Shown here piece by piece: positions 16,353 to 23,985 of a stretch of 64,000 nucleotides of DNA (position 1 is its first letter; every line of letters begins with the position of its first letter). Source of the stretch: an uncultured Acidobacteriota bacterium (GTDB lineage: Bacteria; Acidobacteriota; Thermoanaerobaculia; Gp7-AA8). The stretch is taken from positions 800,001-864,000 of the forward strand of contig CAWGHO010000001.1 in the NCBI GenBank assembly GCA_963822445.1, given 5' to 3'. Made by a program: the position numbers and the translations under genes. Below the pieces are notes generated by a model. It ran no database searches and was not told the origin of the DNA. It saw only the letters and a program-made list of their open reading frames with translations.

Positions 16353-18089
16353 TCAGCGCGACGCCGTCCGGATCATCTCCACGAATCGGTTCGCCAGCTC
16401 GGCGTCGAATTGCGATCCGGCGTTGCGAGCGATGATCGCCATGGCCTGGTCAGTGGGCATGGGCGGCTGGTACGACGCGGAATCGGTCATGGCGATCCAT
16501 GAATCGCAGATCTGCAGGATGCGCGAGAGCAGCGGGATCTCATCGCCCTGCAGCTCGTTCGGATAGCCGCGCCCATCCACGCGCTCGTGATGACAGAGCA
16601 CCGCGCGCGCGATCTCATTGCCGAGGAGCGGCTCGACGATCGCTGCGCCGACATACGGATGCTCGCGCAGAAACCCGAGCTCCTCGGTCGACAGATCTTT
16701 CTTCCGGTAAAGCCGTTCGTAATCGAGGAGGCGCATGCCGGCGTCGTGGACGATGCCGAGGATGCGGGCGTTTTCGACTTCGGCTGGAGTCAACTGCAGA
16801 AAACGGGCGAAGGACTCGGACAGCTTCGCGACCGCTTCGCTGTGCCGTTTGAGCTCCGGAAAGGTCGCGAAGTCGGGCTCGAGCAACTTCTCCGCGGCGC
16901 GGTTGCGCACCGACGCGAGCAATCCCCGCTGCATCGACTGCTCGATGACGAGCTGCATGTGGTTGTGCATCGCCGCGAGCAGCTCATGGGCGACGCGATC
17001 GGGCACGCTGGAAAAGGCCACGGTGAGAAAAATGCCGCGCATCGAGCCGACGGCGAGCGGCGCCGTGAAGACCTTCTGCACGTCGTTCGGCCCGATTGGC
17101 GGACCGCTGGTGCCGAACGGCGTGGTCACCGACGTGCGAAGAAATCCGCCGGCCTCTCCCCGCTTGGTCAGCCACATGTTCAGCTTCGACTGCAGCAGGT
17201 TCTTCGCGTCTTCGGTGAGCGTCGAGCGGCTGGCGATCTCCTGCACCCCGCCGGCGTGGCCGAACGCGGTGAATGTCGCCGCGACGGCGTCCGGAATGAG
17301 CAGCAGCGGACGGAGCGTGTCCCGCGCGGCGCTGATCTCCGCTTCCGACAACGATTCGGGCGCGTTCGCGACGAGCACATTGGAGGCAACGCTGCGGGCG
17401 TTGATGATCACCGTCGCCAGGCGCGGAACGAACGCGCCGGAATCGTTCTTCGGTTTCTTCGGCGCCGGCGCCACAGCCGGTGCGGCCGAGACAGTCGCCG
17501 GAATCGCGACGGCGGGCGATGCATGGGTGACGTTCGGCTTGTCGCGAACGGGAGGGTGCGCGCTGATGAGCGGCTCGCCGCTGGGCCGTTCGACGACGTC
17601 GGCGGTTTCGTGCTGCCCGCTCGCTTTCGACAGCGAGATGAATCGCTGGCCGAATACGTTCTTGTCCGCGAAAAGCGCGGCCATCCGCTCGGCGATGGCC
17701 TGGGCCTTCGGCAGATCGCTCTGGTCGAAAGGAAGCTTCCCGGCCTTGTCGCGCATGTCGATGAAGCCGACGAGCTTTCCGCGCAGATAGAGCGGCGCAA
17801 CGAGGAGGCGGTCGGTGGACGACTCGAAGAGAAGCTCGGAGAACCGCGGCTCGGTCGCGACGCCGTTCACATAGAAGGCCGTGCGTCCGCGGCCGGAGCG
17901 ATCGACCATCGGATCATTCGCGTCGGCGGCGTGGCGCGTGCTGCCGCGGAATCCATATTCGGTAACGAGCTCGAACCGGGTCTGGCCGTCGTACAGGTAC
18001 AGCGCGGCCTTGGTCGCCTTGATGTCGACCGCGCAGTCGTAAAGGATTTCTTTGAGTTTTGGACGAAGCTCTTCGACCTCGGGGTTCAC
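16353..18089 (-). CDS. GAF + HD-GYP domain protein (putative c-di-GMP phosphodiesterase)
   Basis: N-terminal GAF-like segment (LLVAPLYLRGKLVGFI); HSEAVA, VHDAG, HHERVDGRGYP, SRILQICD, GSQFD. Confidence 0.88.
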   Translation of the reverse strand: MNPEVEELRPKLKEILYDCAVDIKATKAALYLYDGQTRFELVTEYGFRGSTRHAADANDPMVDRSGRGRTAFYVNGVATEPRFSELLFESSTDRLLVAPLYLRGKLVGFIDMRDKAGKLPFDQSDLPKAQAIAERMAALFADKNVFGQRFISLSKASGQHETADVVERPSGEPLISAHPPVRDKPNVTHASPAVAIPATVSAAPAVAPAPKKPKNDSGAFVPRLATVIINARSVASNVLVANAPESLSEAEISAARDTLRPLLLIPDAVAATFTAFGHAGGVQEIASRSTLTEDAKNLLQSKLNMWLTKRGEAGGFLRTSVTTPFGTSGPPIGPNDVQKVFTAPLAVGSMRGIFLTVAFSSVPDRVAHELLAAMHNHMQLVIEQSMQRGLLASVRNRAAEKLLEPDFATFPELKRHSEAVAKLSESFARFLQLTPAEVENARILGIVHDAGMRLLDYERLYRKKDLSTEELGFLREHPYVGAAIVEPLLGNEIARAVLCHHERVDGRGYPNELQGDEIPLLSRILQICDSWIAMTDSASYQPPMPTDQAMAIIARNAGSQFDAELANRFVEMIRTASR

Positions 18090-18136
18090 GCGGCGATTGT
18101 AAAGCCTGCCATGAGCGGGCGAAGGGAGTCGAATGG

Positions 18137-18360
18137 TTACTGCATCGCGCGGAGCTTCTCGATGATCTCGGCCTCTGTCGGAAAACGACCAGCCTCTTTC
18201 TTCGAGAAGATGGTGCGGTTGTCGACGCTGACGACGAAGATGCCGCCGCTGCCGCGAACGAGCTCGGATTCGACGCCGATGGTCTTCCTGATCTCAGCCG
18301 CCAGACTGGAGGCTCGGGCAGGTAGTTTCAAACGCCGCAGTAATCGATTCGAATATGCAT
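18137..18360 (-). CDS. Rdx (SelW/SelT/SelH-like) selenoprotein, CxxU; one-base frameshift in this sequence
   Basis: ATG 18360: MHIRIDYCGV-TGA(18330-18328)-NYLP; after restoring one C in the run at 18316-18318 it continues RASSLAAEIRKTIGVESELVRGSGGIFVVSVDNRTIFSKKEAGRFPTEAEII (Rdx motifs GxFxV, FSK, RFP). Confidence 0.85.
18296..18314 (-). promoter_or_regulatory. SECIS-like hairpin
   Basis: AGCC-U-CCA-GUC-UGG-C-GGCU starting 13 nt after the in-frame UGA, with G in the apical loop. Confidence 0.6.
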
Positions 18361-18437
18361 GCCGGCACGGCCGGCAGCGCTGGTTGCCCAAGGCTTCGGC
18401 ACGAGAGTCCTTTAAAGTTTGATCGCGGTATGACCGC

Positions 18438-19197
18438 CTACACCGTCTTCACCAGCACGGCAGTCACGTTGTCGAGACCGCCGCGCTCGTTCGCCGCATC
18501 GATCAGACTGCTGACAGGCTTTCTGCAGATCGCCGTTGCTCGATTCGACTACGCGAAGGATCTCGTTTTCGGGAACCATGCCAGTGAGACCGTCCGAGCA
18601 GAGCAGGACGATGTCGCCCGGCTTCGCCTCGATCTCCGAAGCGTCCGGCGTGACCTGAAGCGCGCCGCCGAGTGCGCGGGTGATGACGTTCCGCAGCGGA
18701 TGCTTCTCCGCCTCGGCCTCGGTGAGCATGCCCGCCTGCACCTGCTCGAAGACCCAGGAGTGATCGTTGGTGATGCGCGAGATCTCTCCCGCGCGGATGA
18801 GGTAGGCGCGGGAGTCGCCGACGTGCGCGACCGAGACCGTGCCTTCATCGGCGAGACAGGCGACCACGGTCGTGCCCATGCCGCGAAGGCGCGCGTCCTT
18901 GCGCATCGCCTCGAGCACGCGGGTGTTGGCCATGCGAACGGCGGCCATCAGCCGATTGGTCGAGCGCTTGTAGTGCTCGTCGTACGCGTGCGGCCAGGTG
19001 CCGTCGTCTTCCTTCGTGTGCAGGATGAACTCGGAGATCGAGTCGACGGCGATGCGCGACGCGATCTCACCAGCCGCATGGCCTCCCATCCCGTCGGCGA
19101 CGAGGAACAGGCGCGCGTCGTCCTCCACGAGGAACGCGTCCTCGTTGTGCTGCCTTTGCCGGCCGACGTGCGTGAGACCGTATGCGTTCACTTGCAT
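18438..19197 (-). CDS. PP2C-family Ser/Thr phosphatase (Stp1/PrpC-like); frameshift near 3' end
   Basis: GRQRQHNEDA, VADGMGGH, GMGTT, HVGDSRAY, LLCSDGL. Removing one base near 18510 restores SLIDAANERGGLDNVTAVLVKTV-TAG (stop 18438-18440). Confidence 0.9.
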
Positions 19198-19206
19198 GAC
19201 CCTGGC

Positions 19207-19863
19207 TCAGCGTTTCCCGAAGATCGAGAAGCCGCCCTTGCCCGCCTCTTTCCCCTCTTTCGACTCGCGCAGCTCTGCCAGCGCGGTCTGCACTTCAAAG
19301 TTCGAGGCGTCCCACTTCAACGACTCTTCGAGATACCGCTCGGCCTTGGCCACGAGCCCGGCGCGCTTGCACATGAAACCGGCGTCTTTGAGGTAGAGCG
19401 CATTCATCGGCTCGCGCTGCACCGCCGTCTCGATGGCCTGCACGGCCTGACGGGTGTACGCCGGAATGCGGGCCGCCGCGAGGGCGAGGTAATGAAAGGC
19501 CTTCCCGTCCTGAGCGTTGTGTTTCGCGGCCAGATCGAAGTTCTCGTAGGCCGTGGCCCAGTCGCCTTCCTTGTATGCCTTCACGCCTTTGCCGAGGTAG
19601 GCCTTGGCGATCTGGACGAAGTCGATGGTGCCCTTGCCGATGCCGCCGACGATCTCGGAATCGTGCTGCTTCCGCTTGTCGGCATTGGTGAGAACGTTCA
19701 CCGCCTCGGTGAGGACCTGGAACTTCCGCTCCGCGTCGGCCTTGTCGGGCCCGCGGTAGCGGTCGGGATGATTCTCGCGAGCCAGCTGGCGAAAGCGGTC
19801 GCGGATCTCCTGTTCTGTGGCCGAGCGTTCGACGCCCAGGACCTCGTAGTAATTGACCTTCAT
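19207..19863 (-). CDS. DnaJ-domain + TPR protein
   Basis: NYYEVLGV...HPD...AERKFQVLTEAVNVL J-domain; TPR-like helices afterwards. Confidence 0.9.
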   Translation of the reverse strand: MKVNYYEVLGVERSATEQEIRDRFRQLARENHPDRYRGPDKADAERKFQVLTEAVNVLTNADKRKQHDSEIVGGIGKGTIDFVQIAKAYLGKGVKAYKEGDWATAYENFDLAAKHNAQDGKAFHYLALAAARIPAYTRQAVQAIETAVQREPMNALYLKDAGFMCKRAGLVAKAERYLEESLKWDASNFEVQTALAELRESKEGKEAGKGGFSIFGKR

Positions 19864-20954
19864 CCCTGCTTTTGGGTTCGTTGGATATAGGCCTTTTTGG
19901 CCACTTCCCGGACGACCTGCTGAACGCCCTTGTCGTCTTTCAACCCTTTCAAATCACGTAAGGTTAATCGATTGATCAACGGCAGGACAACCCCTATGGG
20001 CGCCTTCGGATTGCGGCAGAGCGTGAGCATGATGTTGTACTTGCCCATCCAGTCTCGCCGGTTGCCGAGGAGGCGGAGGACCTCGTCGTCGACGTTGCGC
20101 ATCGAGGCGATGGCTTCCGCTTCCTGCTCGCCCATGCGGGGATTCCGCATGACCGCGGAGCAGACCATCTTGTTGCGATCGCGGATCAGGATCATGCGCG
20201 CGGTGCGGTCTCCGCGGAACCCGAGCTGCACTTTCTGGGACAGGGTCATGAACTGGATGCGGATCCAGATGGCCGACTTCGTATCGTCTGCGCGCTCGGC
20301 ATCGGTGAGCGTCGGCAGCGTGTTGACCGCCTCTTCCGGTGCCGCTTGCTCGGCACGCTCGAGGAGATCGGCGATCGCGTCGTCGGGCTCCTCGAGCAAC
20401 TCCGGCTCGAGCAGGTCGGCGATCGCGGCGAGACGCGCTTTCTTGTCGAAAAACTCCTCGCGCGTTTCGAGTGCGCGGCGGCGCGCTTCCGGCGAGAGGC
20501 CGGGATTGTTGAGGAGGGCCTCGAGAATCTCCGGCGCGCGAAGGATGCGGGCCTGGTTGATGACGATGATCTCCTGCAGCCGCGCGTCGGCGTGCTGCGC
20601 GAGCTCGACGATCGCGTAATCAGGCACGGCGCGATTGCGCACGAGGGCTTCGACCACGGCGACATCGTTGCTGGCCTTGAGCAGGCGCGTGAGATGGGTC
20701 GGATCGACGTTCTCGTTCATCGCGAGGTCGAGAATCACTCGCGAGGGCAGGTCCCCCATCGACGTCTTCGCCGCGCTCGCAATCTCTTCGTCGCCGGAAC
20801 CAGCGAGATACGCGAGAACGGCGACGAGGTCTTCCTGCGGCAGCGGCAGGAAGCCGCGGGCAATGGTGACGACCACGTCGCGGGGATAACGGCCGGACTC
20901 GATGAGACCGATGACCGTGGCCGCGGTCATCTCCCCGGAATTGGCTGCGCTCAT
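19860..20954 (-). CDS. Conserved hypothetical alpha-helical repeat protein
   Basis: Repeats ALVRNRAVP, ALLNNPGLS, AVMRNPRM, LCRNPKAP; translationally coupled to neighbours. Confidence 0.8.
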   Translation of the reverse strand: MSAANSGEMTAATVIGLIESGRYPRDVVVTIARGFLPLPQEDLVAVLAYLAGSGDEEIASAAKTSMGDLPSRVILDLAMNENVDPTHLTRLLKASNDVAVVEALVRNRAVPDYAIVELAQHADARLQEIIVINQARILRAPEILEALLNNPGLSPEARRRALETREEFFDKKARLAAIADLLEPELLEEPDDAIADLLERAEQAAPEEAVNTLPTLTDAERADDTKSAIWIRIQFMTLSQKVQLGFRGDRTARMILIRDRNKMVCSAVMRNPRMGEQEAEAIASMRNVDDEVLRLLGNRRDWMGKYNIMLTLCRNPKAPIGVVLPLINRLTLRDLKGLKDDKGVQQVVREVAKKAYIQRTQKQG

Positions 20955-21802
20955 GGGTTGGTCTGCGGCTCCTCGCCGCGCAGCTCACTCAGCGACTTGC
21001 GATCGAAGACGCGATTCTTGATCACTTCTCCATCGCCGCCGAGCGTGGGGACAGGCATGCCGTTGAGTGTGAGATTCAGACCGGCGGCGTTTCCGATCGT
21101 GCGGAAGCGGAACTGCTCTTTCGCCTCGAACTCCTTCCGCTCCCCCTGCAGCATCTCGTTGTTGAACGCGGTCTCGCCGTCCGCCTCGAGAATGACCCAG
21201 GAGTTGGCGATCACCTCGACGGTCATGCGCAGGATGGAGTCGTCTGCCACCGGTTCCGGTGCGGGCGGCGTCACGGGAGCCTGCTTCGATGTGGTCACCG
21301 GCGTCGCGACGGCAACGTCCGTCGCTTCCATGCGCCGCTTGTTCTGAATCGCCCACCATGCGACCGCGGCCAGGGCGACGGCGATGATCACCACGACGAT
21401 CGCGTTGCGGTCGACTTTCGCGTAGGCCGGCGGGATGCCGCGTTTCGGGCTCGGCTTCGGGCTGATGTCGCGCGGCAATTGCTTCGCGTACTTTTCGACC
21501 TGCGGCGGCTTCTCGATGCGGTCGTCGTTCGCCGCGGCGAAGTTGTAGCGGTTGACCATCTCCTCGACGTTCAACCCCACGTAACGCGCGTACTCGCGAA
21601 CGAAGCCGCGGGTGAAAACCGGCGCCGGCAGCGTCTTGTGGTCGTTGCTCTCCAGGGCCTCGAGGAACCGCTTGCTGATCTTCGTCGCGTCGGCGATTTC
21701 TTTCAGCGAAATCCCGCGGATCTCCCGCTCGCGGCGAAGCTCCTCGCCGAAGGAGGCGAGCTCGGACGCGCCTCCCTGTGGCTGCGGTTCCCGTTCAGGC
21801 AT
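20951..21802 (-). CDS. rodZ: RodZ-like protein (HTH + TM + DUF4115)
   Basis: FGEELRREREIRGISLKEIADATKISKRFLEALE, FTRGFVREYARYVGL, TM, IGNAAGLNLTLNG; start ATG 21802. Confidence 0.85.
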   Translation of the reverse strand: MPEREPQPQGGASELASFGEELRREREIRGISLKEIADATKISKRFLEALESNDHKTLPAPVFTRGFVREYARYVGLNVEEMVNRYNFAAANDDRIEKPPQVEKYAKQLPRDISPKPSPKRGIPPAYAKVDRNAIVVVIIAVALAAVAWWAIQNKRRMEATDVAVATPVTTSKQAPVTPPAPEPVADDSILRMTVEVIANSWVILEADGETAFNNEMLQGERKEFEAKEQFRFRTIGNAAGLNLTLNGMPVPTLGGDGEVIKNRVFDRKSLSELRGEEPQTNP

Positions 21803-21816
21803 GGTGGCCGGCCATT

Positions 21817-22548
21817 TTATTCGATCCTTGCGGAAGACTCCGGGTTCATCCGCTCGATGCACCGCCGGAGGTAGACGGATGTTGCCGGATTGGCGTGAAT
21901 CCGCCGCAAATCCGTCCTCCGCAGGTGCCGGAGCTGGGAGGCCGCCGCGAACCGCGGGGTGTTCGGGTTGAGCACCAGGGCCAGACGGATCGGGTAGCGG
22001 TACGACCATTTCGCGTCTTCCGCGATCATCTGCAGCTGCTGCTCGCTGGCCCGGGTGGAGCTGGCCAGCGCGATCAGATCGTCTTCCTTCAGGCGCTTGT
22101 TCATCAGCAGGGCCTGGAAGACTTTCGGATCGGGATCGTAGAGAAAGGACTTGACCAGCGCGTGGGAGCAGCGTCTGGCCGAGGAGATCTTTTCGCCAAG
22201 ACTGAGCTTGTTGACGCGGTTCAGGAGCTGGGTCTCGACCGCGCGCCGCACCTGCGCGGGAACCTGCACGTTGACGGAGAGATCGATGAGATCGAACCAG
22301 TAGAGGTAATGAACGAGCTTGACCGAGTGTGCGAGAGGGGTCTGCCGGTGGCCGACGAGCGCGAGACGGACGGAGTAGAAACCGGTGAGGCGCTGATCCT
22401 GGGCGATCTTGCCGAGGATGGTCGAGGTGACGTAGCGGTTGGCGAGGATCGCCAGCACTTCTTCCTCGAAGAGCGAGGACTGCGATCGCGCCACCAGCTC
22501 GGCGAGCGCGTCGGCCGTGGCCGTGGTGAGTCCACGGGTGCCCTTCAT
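21817..22548 (-). CDS. Hypothetical alpha-helical repeat protein, similar to 19860..20954
   Basis: LSLGEKISSARR, ALLMNKRL, YPIRLALVLNPNTP; start ATG 22548. Confidence 0.78.
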   Translation of the reverse strand: MKGTRGLTTATADALAELVARSQSSLFEEEVLAILANRYVTSTILGKIAQDQRLTGFYSVRLALVGHRQTPLAHSVKLVHYLYWFDLIDLSVNVQVPAQVRRAVETQLLNRVNKLSLGEKISSARRCSHALVKSFLYDPDPKVFQALLMNKRLKEDDLIALASSTRASEQQLQMIAEDAKWSYRYPIRLALVLNPNTPRFAAASQLRHLRRTDLRRIHANPATSVYLRRCIERMNPESSARIE

Positions 22549-22555
22549 TGCACGA

Positions 22556-23830
22556 TTATCGTCTTGTTGCATCCGCGGAGCGGGGCGCACGCCGTTGGAG
22601 GTAATCGCTGAATTCGCGCGTGAAGTAGGTCCACGGCCGCCTCTTCAAGCGGTAGGTGAACGATTTCTCGGGGTTGACCCAGTTCCAGACCATCCGTTTG
22701 TCGGGCGTGACCTCGACGGCCTGGTAGTTCCATGAGTTCGTGATCAGCGTGTTGCCGTTCGGCAACCGCTGCACATAGCCGCCGGTGCCGCTGTAGAAGT
22801 CCTTCGGCTCGCGCGCCGCGTACTCCCAGACGATGCGGTTCGTCGCCGGATCGACTTCCACGATGCGCGAGAAGCCTCGCTGCAGACCGTTGTCGAACAC
22901 GAGCACGTTGCCGTTGGGAAGCAGGCTCGCGGCGTGCGGACCCTGCAACTCGCCGCGACCCCAGGTCCACAGCACTTTCTTCGCTTTCCACGAGAACGCG
23001 ACGACGGCGTCCTGATGACGGATGGAGATCAGCACCGTTCCGGCGGCGTGAAGCGGCCGAACGCCGTTCCTGCGACCGGCTTTGATCGTTTTCGCGAGCG
23101 CGTCGTCGACCCACTGGACGGAGTTGGCGTGGAACAGGTCGATCGCATCGCTGACCAGCGCCTCGACCCGCAGAAACACGAGTTGTTTCCGAACTGGCGC
23201 GATCAGGTCGTAAAGCGATCGGGTTTCGAGCACCTCGCCGGCCGGTGAAAGGATCGCCAGCATGTTGTCCATCACCCGGCGGTCGCGAGAGATGGCGGGC
23301 AGCGACCGGCTGCGCTGCAGGAGCGTCAGGATTCGCTCGCCGGACAGGAGTTGAATGTCGTGATGCGCGTCAAGCTTGTGACGCCATACGACGCCCGAGT
23401 CACGCGAGAGCTTGGTGATGTACGAGGGGAAACCCTTTTCACCGGGAAATTCGGCCGCTCGCGCCGCATCCCACGCGCTGAGCGTGATCAGGCTCCCATC
23501 AGGCAGCACCTCGGCATCGAGCCACGCCGATTTGTCCTTCGCCGTCCACTGATGAAGGACCTTCCCTTCCGTCGTCATGACGTAGGCGCGGTTCGTAAAA
23601 CGGGTCGCGTAGAAATTCACACCGGGCGCAACGCTGTCCTGCCGGATGCCGAGGACCCCGGTCCGGGTGTCTTCGTTCGGACCGCGCGGGGGAGCAACGT
23701 ACGGTAGCGACTGGAGCTGCCTGAGCCGCTCGCGCTCGGCTTTATCGTCAGTCTGACCGAAAGCCCCGACCGCGGCGGTGAACGAAGCAGCCGCGGCGAG
23801 ACAGATGGTCAGGGCGAGGAAGGGCCGCAT
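22556..23830 (-). CDS. Arylsulfotransferase (ASST) family protein
   Basis: Signal peptide; AHHDI, DLFHANSV, LISIRHQD, GPHAASLLPNGNVLVFDNG, GYVQRLPNGNTLIT. Confidence 0.85.
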   Translation of the reverse strand: MRPFLALTICLAAAASFTAAVGAFGQTDDKAERERLRQLQSLPYVAPPRGPNEDTRTGVLGIRQDSVAPGVNFYATRFTNRAYVMTTEGKVLHQWTAKDKSAWLDAEVLPDGSLITLSAWDAARAAEFPGEKGFPSYITKLSRDSGVVWRHKLDAHHDIQLLSGERILTLLQRSRSLPAISRDRRVMDNMLAILSPAGEVLETRSLYDLIAPVRKQLVFLRVEALVSDAIDLFHANSVQWVDDALAKTIKAGRRNGVRPLHAAGTVLISIRHQDAVVAFSWKAKKVLWTWGRGELQGPHAASLLPNGNVLVFDNGLQRGFSRIVEVDPATNRIVWEYAAREPKDFYSGTGGYVQRLPNGNTLITNSWNYQAVEVTPDKRMVWNWVNPEKSFTYRLKRRPWTYFTREFSDYLQRRAPRSADATRR

Positions 23831-23906
23831 CGATGGGCAAACTGAACAGTCACAGGGAGATGGCTATTGCACGCGGGGAGCTCAGAAGAACGGGAAGTTA
23901 CAGTTA

Positions 23907-23937
23907 TTGTCCTTTTTCTGGAAGCGCACCTTATAAT
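23907..23937 (+). promoter_or_regulatory. Putative sigma70 promoter of the capD/pglF operon
   Basis: TTGTCC (23907-23912), 19-nt spacer, TATAAT (23932-23937) in an AT-richer intergenic region. Confidence 0.5.
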
Positions 23938-23985
23938 CGGTTGTTCTTTCCGCGTCCTGCAAAACTCCATGTTCCAGAGGCCCCG

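Noticed and set aside
18361-18391. Track start (MGNQRCRPC...) for the 84-aa ORF
   Set aside because: This N-terminus is not Rdx-like; the true N-terminus is in another frame from ATG 18360
18500-18515. Programmed frameshift in PP2C
   Set aside because: No slippery heptamer or stimulatory structure seen; an error or mutation is simpler
16587-19890. Long plus-strand ORFs (611 aa and 511 aa)
   Set aside because: Antisense shadows of the HD-GYP, PP2C and DnaJ genes, typical of high-GC codon bias
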